Shown in pieces: positions 11,801-23,904 of a stretch of 64,000 bases of DNA. A program made the position numbers and the translations under genes. Origin of the DNA: Zygnema circumcarinatum SAG 698-1b (Eukaryota; Plantae; Zygnematophyceae); the NCBI GenBank assembly GCA_037447605.1, contig CM074804.1, positions 4,627,909-4,691,908 of the forward strand, written 5' to 3'. The notes below the pieces were generated by a model. The model did not search any database and was not told the origin of the DNA. It worked only from the letters and a program-made list of their open reading frames with translations. Each line of letters starts with the position of its first letter. The stretch's first letter is position 1.

Positions 11801-14800
11801 GTGAACGCGCAGGAGCAGGCGTCGCTTGCAGCCGCTCTCGCTGAAAGGGATCACTCCGGCCGCCATTCTTATGGAGGTAAGCTTGGTCTTCTGTGCATCT
11901 GGTTGGTCAAAGCTGGCAATATCCTGTACGACATAGCTAGGGTTATCTCCAGAACTTCTATAGGGGTCCCTCGAAAGCAAAACGATTCTTCACATAAACC
12001 GTAAAAGGATTGGGTATCCCTTTCGCTTTCAGTCTTTTTCTGACTGTACATTCCATATCTGTCCATTTTTCTTTTCACTTGAGGATGAGCTTGGAAACAG
12101 TGTGACACGGAAACAAGGAAATCTAATTGTATTGAAGTGGCACCTAATGATGCAGGAGGCCTTCCTGCACTGCTTGCGTTCCCAGAAAAGTGCTCATCAC
12201 TTGAGTGCGTCGTGCGGTAAGTGCCTTCTCCCTAGAGATTGGCATGCATCCCAAGCTCTCTTAAACATAAGCCACGTTTCTCCTTCAGTTTCTCTCGTGT
12301 TTGTAGTTGATCTGGTTTCCCTCAAGCAGTTTCAGCTTTTGGTTGCAATAAGCAAAACGTTTTGTTTTTTTAGAAGTGAGGATGGAGATCCTCTTCAATT
12401 GATCGACCAAAAGCGCTCCTTTCATTTCCTCTCTCTCCCATCATCTCGAAGCCGTCAGGCCGATCGAGCAGAGCTAAACTATCTCTGCACTGTCACTGAG
12501 AGATTTATCGAGTATCTTTCAGAAGCAATGCATGCCGCTGGACCTTTTTGTTCTCGTCTTGCTTTGTGCCATGAAATCACATAGAAGAAATTTCTTCCCG
12601 AATGTTTGCAACCTGAACTCCAATGCGTGGGAAGTGCAGGTATCGAGGTCCACGGACCAAGAAAGCGGTCATTCGTTTCGTCAGTCGGCGCTTGCTGCGT
12701 CTTCCCTTTGTGCCCACGTACTCTGACGACAAATTGGTAATGGCAAAAGAATGTCTTAAAATGTCGCAGAACGCCAGTTCTCATGTTTCATCGAGACATG
12801 GCAGATGACCTCTATAATTTCTATTCCAAAAAAAGTGAAAGGATTTTGGTTTCTGGAGGGGACCATCCCGTCTTTTGGTCTGTTCTACAAGAGGGCAACA
12901 GCTTGCTTTGGATTACTCAGGAGCACATGAGGATGATTCGCAATGTGAGCCTGCCTTACAGCTAGCTAAAAGAGTTACCTCTTGGCCGGCTGGGTAGCAG
13001 GAGGATGATTTCTTGAGGAGTGCTCCATCTCACAAGGTAACAATGTGCCTTTTTTTTTTGCCTTCCTTAATATCCCAGTGTTTGAACCAACGCACCTGCA
13101 AACTCATTCCCTTTGGCACCTCTGTTGTCACCCTCCACAGAAGTGCAGCAGCTAACGGAGTCTGAGGGCGCGCTATGGTCAGGTCAGACTCGTCCTCTTC
13201 ATAGGCGCTAAGGGAGGCGTCCCCCTCCTCTTCCGATTGGCCGCGCGGGACTTGAAACTTCACTGCGTCTGCGCGGCTGCTCGGGGAGGCAGGAGGTGAG
13301 GGCGGGAGGGTGGGGTTTAAGGGGCAGCCATGGCGGGAAGGGAAGGGTTTCAATGTTCCTTTGGTTCGGGCGAGAAGAATGGGCTCGTGTGTATCGAGAT
13401 GAGAGGAATGGGCATTGAAGTAACTCTCTTATACCCAGATTAATGAGATGAAGTTGATTCCGAGGTTTTATTGTTTAGTTGAACGCTGGGTGGCTTAGTT
13501 TCGTGCTATGGATGGACCACTGGGAGTAGGTATGGTGTTACTTCTTCGCCGACATTGGTCATCTTCAAGGAACCTGGTACAACTCCAATCGTCCATCGAG
13601 GTAACCAAACGAGGCACAGAAGTGTCACATGCTTTATCTTTTCAGTAATTCCTGACAGCTACTACTTTTTGGAGCTACTTCAAGTTGTGGGAAGTCAGGA
13701 TGATTGGACTTTGATGAATGTCAGGTACAAAATTAAGGAAGCTTTTCCCTTAAAAGTTTCTACAGTGATGATGGTGGTGGCATCTGGGCTGTTTGGAAGC
13801 AGGCTCGTTGAGGAAAGCAGCATTTCGCAAGATACTGGAAAAGCACAAGTTTCATGGTACGACGGGGGAAATTAGAGTTTATGGATTAGCCTGTTATGTG
13901 GTTTCCGTTACTCCAAGAGTTCCAACTGGTAAAAAGTAATTTAATCAAGGCTCTGTGAAATACAAACGGTTCCATGTGAAAGAGCAGAAGGGCCCAGAAA
14001 GCATTATTAAGTCGAAAGGTATGTGATTGCGATGCTGCCGAGATAAAAACTATTTTTGGATTGTTGAGTTTGAGTTGGATTCATTTTCGAGGTAACGTTG
14101 ACGACAATGTTTGCTCTTGATGAACAAGTAAATGGCTTTGTATGCAGGTTGATTGCTTGAACATTGCCTTTTATCCCATTAGACTGAAGATAAGCCATAA
14201 ATCGCTTCTTGCATGAGAGGGACTGACAAACTGCGCATATGTTTACTGTGTATGGTTTTCACTGTCTCGTCACTGTCTCTCTCTCTCTCTCGCCTGCATT
14301 GTCTGGTTTCTTTCTTCTGTTCCCTCTCAAAAAAAAGTTTGGGCATGGCAGAGCTGGCGCAGTTACATGATGCCACGCAGCAGGAGTTGGGCTGCCACGC
14401 CCAAAGCTTCAGCAAACTTTGGGAACACTCTCCAACTCGGCCTTGCTTTTGTGCAATTCTTGTAGGCCAGCAGTCTTCAGCAGTTCAAAATGCTCGAAAG
14501 GTGAGTTTGTAATGCGATATTGAGAGGAAGGAAGCTTTGCTGGGACTTTCAAGTAAAATCTTTCCAGGTTACTATCCACGTTGGAGACGTTGCGTTCCTA
14601 TGAAGGTAATGCAGGGCAGGTCACTTTAAGCTGTAACTCAATTAGCACATTGCTTGGTCATATAAAGCATCCATTATTACCAATTGGATTTGGGGTGCTT
14701 GGAGCCCTTCTTCCTAACTGAGGCACATATGAACAAAGTGAAACCCGCGAGTGCAGGTCCTTCGAGAAGTGCAGAGCTCCCTCAGTGAGGCTGCAGGGGC

Positions 14801-17555
14801 GGCAGGGGCCACATTTCGGGGGGACTCGCTGCGGCTGCTTTGGCTGAATTCGGAGCAGCAGGGCCCCTATTGTCGGTACCTTCTCCGCCACAACTCCACC
14901 GCCATGGCAGCCTGCAGAAGCACCTTTTGGCCCTTCACCTCCGTTTGGAAGACAGAGAACAGTCTCCCCAAGCTAGTATTGGTCCGCATTCGTCAAGGGG
15001 AGGGCTTTGACGACATGGGCAGTCGTGACGAAGGTGAACCAATGGTTGGAAATGACGACGTATCTCGCCACGTGGCTATCTACGAAGGGCCTATAGAAGT
15101 CAAGGAGGTAGGTTTTCCTGAGCTTTCTGGTTGTTCCATGGACTTCCCTACCTTTCGCTGAAAGTTCACCTTCTTAGTATGTGCATCATTTTGCGGCTGT
15201 GTTGAAATCATGTGCTACTACTTTGCTACGGCGCAGATAACTTTCTCTCACAAGTATCGCTGTTGTAGGTAACTTGAATCTGAAGTGTGAGGGCCTTTTT
15301 CATGATGGCAGATTATTCGGTGGCTATCTATTGTCATTGCAAGCAGCCAGGGGGGCTTTCTTCATCCCCAGGTGATGCTGCTGCTATTGGACCAATGTAG
15401 AATGCTTGAACGCTTGCGTTTTGGGAAGACTAACTCATACCCTGCAGATGGTTTCGAGCCTTCAATTCCAAGCTGCTTTCAGTATCTCATAAGAGGGCTG
15501 AACTAAGGAAGGAAGGACTTTCTCTAGTTCTGACGTTGTTCGAGTCTACTCGGCGCAGTTCATGCAGGATGGCCAGAAAGAGCCCCGTTTGAAGGCCGAG
15601 GCATGGGAGACGCCCGAGTGGGTAGCAGAAGTTCTCCTTTGGTTCGAGGAGCTCGCAGAACGTATGGGTCTATCGCTAGAGATGATGGAGGAAGTAGGCT
15701 GGGAGGGCATCATGCAATGGCTCTCAGCCCTCATAGGAGGAATTATACTATACGGGTTCTTCAGTTGCCTACGCATTGGCAAGATGCAGGCGGGAGGGCA
15801 AGTGAGTTGCTTCTGAGGAGGGGAGCGAAGTGGGGGTTCTTGTTCTTCTCTTTCATTCCGCGTTGTCTTGGTGACCTCTCAGCATTGACGAATGAATGGG
15901 GCAGCAGGGAGGCCAGCATGGAGGAGCAGACCTCCAAGAAAGCAAGTTCAGCTCTACCTCAGCCACTCGAAGGTGGCAACTGCAGTCAGAATCTCTCAAA
16001 CTTCCGGCAAATGGCGGTCCAGGTGGAGATTTCAGGGTTGCGGAACTGCGTGCAGACACAGCGGGTGCTCTGCTTCGGGGGGGCGCATTTGTGGTTGTGT
16101 TGGTCGTGAGGGAGCAAGTGACCACAAAGTGAGGACCCGTTGCTGCATTTGAAACCCTTGTTTTCTTTGAAAAGCAGCTATTGACAGAAGTAGAATTTGA
16201 TTGACTAGTTGGCCTACAATAGCTGAGACCCTCCAGTGGCTTCTAAAGGTGTGGAAAGGCATGCATGACCTTAATTGAAGTGGACCACTCCTTGAGAGCA
16301 TGAATAGAGGGACTGGTGACTCGTGGTGCAGAGGAGAGTTTGAAGCTGACTCAAACGATTCTTCAAATGGAAGCATGCAACTTGCTCTTGCTGATTTCAG
16401 TAAGGTAAGCGAATTGTGCTTCAAGGCACAGAGGCCATATGCTGCGTTTTGCAATCCCTGCAGCCAGTACTTTTTTTATTGACAGTCTTAGCAACATGTG
16501 AAAGTATGGAGCTCTGCGAAGTATCTTCATTTCTGGCTTGATTCGTCTAACATGGTTTTTTCTGTATGGTGGGGAGGTTCCAACCTTAGGTGGCCCTTCA
16601 CTTTATACGTGAGCCTAGATTTCAGTTTTTAATGGTGAGTAATTGCAGCTTTTCCTTATGACAACTCTGGGCATGACCTAGCTAAAGCACCGAGGGGCCA
16701 ATCAGACGACAGAGAAGGCAGCTGGGTAAAGGGCTCCTTACTGAAATAACACTCGGCTCATGTCCACCCCAATTGATCAATTTTTTTTGATATTGTGCTG
16801 TTCAGTGGATGAGAGAGCTTCCTTAGCGAGCAAAATGACAACTTCTTCCGTTTAATTTTTTTTTTTTTTTGTAAATAAGTTTTTCTTTTTTAGACATTAT
16901 TTGATGCTTTGATGAAGCTTCGCATGCTTCCTTTTTCACTTATTTGTGGATGCAATTCGACCAAGGTGAGTGTGCTAAAAGCATCAGCTGCATGACGCCT
17001 TCACTCCCCTTGCATAATTTTTTCCCCTTGTCATCTCTTTCAGGTGAATGCTCAGCAGCACCCAGACTGGGGTAGCTGCAGAGGTTGTGATGAACAGACT
17101 GTGGACGCTGAAGGAGCACAACTGCTTGTGTGGCATCCTCGGCGAGACAAGTATCAGGTGCCCTCCTTGTCACTCCTGCAGTGAATGACTGTAACCATGT
17201 ATGTCTGCCAATCTGTATCGGCAGAAGTCGTTACAGAGACGCAGCATATCCCATGTAAGTATTTTGATTGATGCATGTATCCTTGCAGGCGCACATACAT
17301 ACATGCATACGTGCGCACCTACATGCTTGGGCAGAGTTTCATCTGCATGGCTATTGCATACAAATTTGCCTAGCGACAGAAGATGGAGTGTTTGAAGGCT
17401 CTTACGTGTCCCTTGCTGCCTCCTCCTCTCCTTGTCTCCAGGCTTTGGGGAGGTACAGGGGCGGGTCCAGCGCCATGGCAGTGACGCAGCTGGAGGCAGT
17501 GCTGGATGGTGTGGGCCAATGGCTGCCGTCCAAGTGGCCAGCTTTGAGCACGTGA
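8900..17555 (+). CDS. DNAJC16: DNAJC16-type (ERdj8; At1g18700-like) J-domain/thioredoxin-like ER membrane protein; multi-exon
   Basis: ATG at 8900 begins a hydrophobic signal-like segment (SSLVLCVLCAFVCL). The J domain is split over four exons: DPFK|VLGVPRDASNDDIRKAYKKLAMKW|HPDKNPSKVAKERFIE|VQGAYETLTDPEKRRQFD (HPD at 10195-10203). Thioredoxin-like exons follow (LTAENFVTSVLGSSQPWLVQ|VYSSWW..., GLPALLAFP, RYRGPRTKKAVIRF, ELGCHAQ...CFCAILVGQ), then a TM helix at ~15710-15770. C-terminal exons are 17044-17157 (VNAQQHPDW...LLVWHPRRDKYQ) and 17442-17555 (...LEAVLDGVGQWLPSKWPALST*). Some middle exons were not fully resolved. Confidence 0.85.
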
Positions 17556-18054
17556 GGTTGTGGAGGATTTGGAGGAGCTCGTATAGTGAAGGGCACCGAC
17601 TCTGATTCAAATGTTTTCAATCTGAGGGCGTTCGGCAGCTCCATTGCAATCCTCCCCTCGTACGTAAGTTATTTTAGTTAAAAATGATATTGTACCAAAT
17701 TCCATTTTCTCCATGTCATGTGAACATTCTTCACCAAAAAATTTCCTACAAAACTTTTTACACATGGGCATAGTTTGCGCACACATGCGAACGTAAGGGC
17801 ACGCTGTCTAACCATTTTATAGCTGACACAAATAGCAACACCACATGTATCGCCTGTAACTTCCCACCGCTTAAACCCCTAGAAAGAATTGCGACAGTCC
17901 GCACTTTACAATCGCGCCAGTGTGCAGTGCAGCGAGCGAGCGTGTTCGAGAGTGATGCGTGCAGAGGGGGTGCCGCGGGCCACCCTCGGCCTACCCCCCG
18001 TGCCCGCATCCCTCTGAACAGAGCAGTAAACAGGAGAAGGAGACGCAAGCACGT

Positions 18055-21000
18055 TCATCCTTCGCAGCGCGGGACGATCTTCCTCTGCAAGAAGGTGTAG
18101 TTGACGTGGCTGTACTCTGCTGTGTAGCAGCCCGCGTCGAAGTTGCTTGTGTACACATACTTCTGGGTGGAGGCACCCCATGCGTCGTCGGCCAGGTAGT
18201 CCACAATCCCTGTCACGTCCTGCCGGTTGATCAGGCTCTCCGTCTCCCTCACCGCCCCGACCTTGGTGGTCCTGTTGAAGTTGAAGGCTTGGCTGATGGA
18301 GGAGTTCAGGCGGTAGTTCACTCCGTCTGCAGGTGTGGATGTAAGTAATGGAGAGAAAAAGAACCGCTCTTAACATCGTAATGAAGAAAGCGTCATCCTT
18401 GGAAGTATGCGTAGGTGAAATGAGGAGAGGGTGAGGATTGAGGTAGAGGCTTACCCGGGTATGGCCGTACGTCGTAGACAATCTGCAGAGGAAAATTGAA
18501 GGCTTTATCATCAGAGTAAGTGATGACGCCTTGCTTGGTCGTCACCTTCACCTGCGAGCTACTGGAGATGACCTGCTGTAGCTGGCCCAACTCTTGCAGG
18601 AGGACGCTGTGCGTAGCGCTCGAGTACGAGTCCACAATGCGCAAAAACGCGAAGAAATCGATCGAAGCCGTCATGCTAACTGTGTTGTTCCCTGCTGAAG
18701 AAACAACATATCCCGTGACTCGGTTCGTCTTTTGGAGCCTTGTTGTAAAATTTTGACCGACGATCACATCTTTCGCCGCGCTTTTATAGAAGGGAATAGG
18801 CGCTTCAATAGTGGGAAGAATCTGGCAAGGAGCAAAGACAAAGTGAAGTCAGCCCAGTACCATTTTCCTGAACGCTCGTTTGCTCCCCAGCAGGGCGCTC
18901 TAACACGTGTTCAATGCAGTAGAACGTTCCGCCGAAAGAATTGCGAAGATGATGCTCACTTGGTTGCTAATCACTCCCCCAGAAGTGGTTGCGGCCTTCG
19001 GATCCAGCCATAGGTGCAGCACCCCGGTAACCTGCCAAACGCCTCCATAATTGATTCCTGGAATGCGGAAGGAAATGGTATTCGGTTTTCCCTTCACCAG
19101 TAAACCCACAAACGGGGTAACGTCCATCGTATACGTGGGAATCCCGAAGCACCCGATGCCCACCATCGGGGACCAAAGAAGGGCATTGAGAGAGCTCGGA
19201 TAGTACACAGGGAAGGGTGTGACTGTGCCGACGGGAATGCTGTCGACATAAGCAATGATCTCGCGATACCTGCATTCAACACTTTACGTCGTCTTGAGGT
19301 TCACATGTCGGCTTCCGAGTCTCTTCTACCTTGAATGTTTGAAGTTTAAAAATCGCACAGTACCGTACATGATGTCACATTGAACTTACGGATTGGTAGT
19401 GAACCAGTAGCCCTCCTCGCCATTCGTAGGCGTGGCAAGAATCTCCAACTGCGCCCGTACTATATTCTTTGGAAGGACCGCCAGCTGCTTCTTGGCTGTG
19501 TTGGAGGTGTCGCTTAACTGAAACTGGCCGGCTTTCCCGTTTACGGGAGCAACGGGAACGACCACATCCGCATACCTTGATGGGGTCGTGCCTGACCAGA
19601 AGGTGAGGCTGGAATTGCAGTTGAATGCGCCTGAGAGACACAGGCAACAACTGAAAGGCTTGGGTTTAATTCATGCAGATTAAGAAACCACCGATAACTT
19701 GAACACAGCCACAATAGAGCATGGTTTCAAAAGCAGATGTTGTGGGGGCGATGTCACGCGGAAAGGGAACAGGAAGGCTGCAAGGTGTCTTACCTCCAGC
19801 CTCGAATTCAGAACCCGGGATTGACACGGTTACTTGACGATTCTGCACATACAGACTTTTCATGATCAGCAAGATAGCAACAAGTTCCTCAAGCCTTAAA
19901 ATAACGTGAGGATGGTAGAGTGAAGACGGGCTCTGAACAGGCTTAGATATGCAGTTTGCGCGCACTCAAGGATGAGCAGCAGTGAGCCAACGCTTCCCAT
20001 ACCTTAGTTAGCCATTTGTTATACTTTGTAACGTCTTCATCAAAGTTAAAGATTGCCCCAGTCTCAAGTGGCTGAGGGGTTCTGCACACGCAATGCACAA
20101 TGTCAGCAAGTGCTGACTATGTGGATGAAACTGAACGGAATAACACAGGTATGAGAATTAACAATGCAGGAAAAAGGTGGGAGAAGCCTACACAGCCCGG
20201 AGAATGTTCAGATCATCGAAATATACATCCACAAATTGGTTGCTCTGCACTAACTCCACTTCACAGCTCACGTATAGCGCGATACGCGCCCAGGTCTGTG
20301 CCACAATTACATCACGTAACGTCAGTCATCGACTTCATAGTACGTGCTCATTTTATATTGCTTTCGATTCAATCACATTGTAGTTTTGAACCCAATGGTT
20401 TTACAAGAGAGGTCCAAACGCGAATGATGAGCATGAGACAAGATGCGTTTCAACATCAGATAAACTCATGAAATGAAATGAATGAATGTCATGAAATGTT
20501 GTATAAGTGTCTCAAAATGCGCAATTCCTGATAGCTAAACTAACTTCATCAACGAGAGAGGAATTATTCTTATTCTTTCTGTTTTATTATTGCCCTCTTC
20601 TTCATCCTCTTCCTATTCTACGACCTCCATCCCTCTCCCCTTTCTCGCCCTCCCGCTCCCCCCCCCCTCCCCACGCCCTTCAAGTTTGTATCTCTGTCTT
20701 TTACCCTTGACTTCACATTCGAGCTCCTTACTTCTCTTTACCCTTTCCCCTTTCTTTCTCCCTTCGCTTCCCCTTTTCCCTCCTTTCTTTGCCGGTCAAC
20801 GTTATTTTACTTCTCTACTTCTTTTCCCCTCCCGCCATTCCCCACCCTCCCCCTCTTCCCCCTTTCACATTCTTACCACCTAACCACCTTTCTCCCTCGT
20901 CCCAGTTCCCACTTTCTTTCCCGTGCCCGCCTATTTCTCGACTCTACTTGCTTAGGTCCGACACCGAAATTTTGCTTTGAAAAGGCGCACACACACACAC

Positions 21001-21621
21001 ACTTTGTTTTCTTTACCGTTATCACCCTCCAACATTGACTCCCGCTCATTTCCCTCTCCTATCTTCTCCATTCAGCATTCTTCCTCTACTCCAAAATTTC
21101 CAGCATCCCACCCTTCTTATCTTCCTCGTTCACCTCCATTTCCTCTCTCTCCCTCCTCTACCTCTCTCTCTCACTCGATCGTTCAACTTCTTCCATTCTT
21201 CCCTCGCTCCTCCTTCTTCCCCCCCTCCCTCCCTCTCTTTATAAAACCTCCCACTCCACTCCATGCCCCAACATTCCCCCCCACCCCCCCGCTCAAAAGC
21301 AAAAGCCCATTCCCATGCCTGCGCGCACGCGACCGGCGGCTTGTACGGCCCGGTGAAGGCCTTCTGCGTGTTCCCGAAGTTGACGCCCGCCATGAGCGTC
21401 ACGTCACACTGCTTGGCGCCCTTCACGCTCTGCACGTGCCGCTGCACTTCGAACGCCGAAATCACGAAGTCGTCGACCGCCCCCGCCGCTTTGGGCCGCG
21501 CGCCCGCGCGCTCCGTTAGAGCGCCGCTCCGTTTCAGCAGCGCGCTCGGCCCCGCCTCCTTCGCCGCGCTCCATCCAGTAACGCCGAGCAGCAGAAAAGG
21601 CAGAAAGGCCCTCATTCTCAT
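18055..21621 (-). CDS. Peptide-N4-(N-acetyl-beta-glucosaminyl)asparagine amidase A (acidic PNGase A family); secreted, multi-exon
   Basis: Signal peptide MRMRAFLPFLLLGVTGWSAA. Later exons read FEVQRHV...QCDVTLM...YKPPVACAQ, TWARIALYV...NILRAVTPQPLETGAIFNFDEDVTK, PKNIVRAQLEILAT...EGYWFTTNP and YREIIAYVD...PVYYPSSLNALLWSPMVGIGCFGIPTYTMDVTPFVGLL...WQVTGVLHLWLD. The terminal exon ends STQKYVY...CYTAEYSHVNYTFLQRKIVPRCEG*. These match plant PNGase A motifs as I recall them. Confidence 0.88.
20570..21290 (+). repeat. About 720-bp imperfect polypyrimidine (CT-rich) tract inside PNGase A intron 1
   Basis: The + strand is strongly C/T-rich over lines 20581-21241, so the transcribed (-) strand is purine-rich. 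Confidence 0.8.
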
Positions 21622-21670
21622 CTTCCGTCCCCCCTTCGCACTCCGCCTGCTGCAAGAAGCGCCAGGCGGG

Positions 21671-21811
21671 CCCTCTCCCTCTCCCTCTCTCTCCCTCTCC
21701 CTCTCCCTCTCCCGCTCCCTCTCTCTCCCTCTCCCTCTCCCTCTCCCTCTCCCTCTCCCTCTCCCTCTCCCTCTCCCTCTCCCTCTCCCTCTCCCTCTCC
21801 CTCTCCCTCTC
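21671..21811. repeat. (CCCTCT)n / GAGA-type microsatellite directly upstream of the PNGase A start
   Basis: About 23 near-perfect CCCTCT units starting 50 bp from the ATG at 21621. Confidence 0.95.
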
Positions 21812-23811
21812 TGCTCCTGGCCCTCCCCGCAATGCCGCCGGCGCGCTCCGCCCTTTGCAACCAGCGCCCCCCCCCCCTCCCTCTTCCTCCCTCCGCGGGG
21901 GCGACGCCGCCCGCCGCCGCCGCGCCCGGCCGTGCGGACTCGCGGAGGCAGCTTCCCGGAAGGTGCGGGTATCGGGAGCCTGCCTCAATCGCGCGTGGCG
22001 ACAAGCCCCGCCGTACGGCCTGTCTGTCCGTACGATCAATGATCTCCAACGTAACGACCTTCACCGACATTCGTACGCGATCTTCGGGACCCAATCGGCC
22101 CGCGGGCGGCTCCGGGTTTTGCGGGGCCGCAGTGTGAACGGGGACCCAAGGATCACGCTTTTTGGCCGAAGCGCCTCCGTACGGCCGCGGGCGGCGGCGG
22201 CCATTCGGCCCCGAAACGAGGGACGGGGCGGGCCGCCACCGACACGCGCGCGAGTCGGGGGGGGACAGGAACCGAAAACGACAAATTAGACTGTGCTCAA
22301 AGCCAAGAGGGTCGTCAAAGGCGATCTCGGACATTGTCGATCAGAATCATTGAAAGGAAAGATTTGACCGCCGCGGTTTGTCGTATACGGTGACTATTCA
22401 TGCGAGTGGCGGCAGCCGTTGTACTATCTGCGGGGCCGCGAGACCTAGAGACCGACAAGGCCAATCGGGGCGCGTCCGGACTGCCGCGTCAGCCGCCGCC
22501 AGCCGCCGGTGGAGTGTTTGAGGCATGGCCGTTTCCTATCTGACAAACTGGGCAGCGCCGACACCTGGAATATGTACGAAGCCAGCTGTCGCGGAAGCGC
22601 CTGGTTGATGGAGCCAGTTAAGGGCTTGGCCCGAGGCGGGGACGGTCGGTTTTCGGAGGATCTCGGCCGTCTGATTCGTCACGTGGCGGTCGGTCTCGCG
22701 TCAATCTCCGCGGCGCAGGTTGAACCCTCCGCCGGCGGTTTCGTCCTTTGACCGGCGGCCATTGATCGCACGCGAGCGGCCGCGCGAGCCAGCTTGGCGC
22801 GCGCAACCCTACACGACAAGTCTGGCGGCGCGACAAAAGTCTCTCTTTGCCACGCGGCGGCAGCGGGAGGGACGGGGGGAGCGCGGCTCCATGCGAGCGG
22901 GGGGCGTTACGCGCGACGGCGCACATAGATCGATCGCTGGCGGCGGCGGCAGTCTCGCCACCTCGACTCGCAGTGCAAATTTCCAATTTAGAGTAATTTT
23001 TTTTTTTTTAGTTTTACTAGTGACTCCCGTAACGCCTTGCTTCGCCGACCGGTACGGTACGCCGGTACGGACCGCGCCTCAACCCACACGGCCAGACCTA
23101 CAGTAACTCGAGGGAGGCCAAGGGGAGGGCGGCGGGCCCTGTACGGCCGGCGGCGCGCTCTGCAAGGAGGCGGGGAGGCAGCGCCCGTCATCTTCGTCCA
23201 GAGGTTCTCTCGCGCGCGGTGTGGAGATCCCTTGGCAGCCGTCTCCTGCTCAGGAGTGTGCGCTTGAATTCGCGATTCATACTGGGCGCCGACCTCACTG
23301 TCTGCCGCTGGGAAAGAAAAGGCTATTCGAAAGTTAGTTCATCGCTGGGAAATGATGCCTTGCAGCCTCCAATGATCACCGCTTCAAGCATTTTGAGCTC
23401 TAACTGCTTAAATCTCTGGGCTCTTTGAGATAGCGAGAGGCAGTTTCAGTTAGAACCGACATGAAAAATAGTTCACTGACCTGGTTGGCTCAGCTGAATT
23501 GACTTATGGCGGCTCCAGAAAAGGCTTAGAAGCTGCCTGAAGCTGGCTTCCTGCAGGCCGTACTCCCCAGGACGGCCTAAAAAAACACCACCACAGGCAG
23601 AGCCCTTCATATTTCCTTCAGTGTATCCCATTGCAATCTGCGCACAAAGGCGCCAAGGGAGAGAGACATTTAGGAAACAGCTTCTGCCCCCATCTCAACG
23701 AATTGCTGCGCTGTGAGTCGGAGAGAGAAGCCGCTAAGGCTGCCTGCCTGCTCCAGCCGACGGTCCGGCCGCCATTGCAAGGAAACTCCTCCTTCCTTTG
23801 CCTCCCAGGCT

Positions 23812-23904
23812 CGCCGGCCGCCCCCCTCCGCCATGGCCGTACGGACTGAAGGCCGGCCGCCCCGCCCCTCCGCCATGGCCGGACGGACTGAAGGCCGGCC
23901 GCCG
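23812..23904. repeat. 42-bp tandem duplication (two copies)
   Basis: ccctccgccatggccg(t/g)acggactgaaggccggccgcc occurs twice; ccatgg is at 23831 and 23873. Confidence 0.8.

Noticed and set aside
13030-13353. Minus-strand ORF suggesting a gene nested in DNAJC16
   Set aside because: The + strand here is a DNAJC16 exon (VRLVLFIGAKGGVPLLFRLAARD) with proper splice sites.
17170-17644. Minus-strand ORFs as a possible PNGase A extension or separate gene
   Set aside because: They are the antisense of the last DNAJC16 exon and intron; PNGase A already ends at 18055.
21263-22334. Long ORFs with LP/RE/GE repeats (259, 211 and 238 aa)
   Set aside because: Produced by the (CCCTCT)n repeat and GC-rich sequence; partly the antisense of PNGase A exon 1.
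23340-23500. ATGATG...CTGA motifs suggesting a C/D snoRNA
   Set aside because: Box C is imperfect, and there is no terminal stem or identifiable rRNA antisense element.
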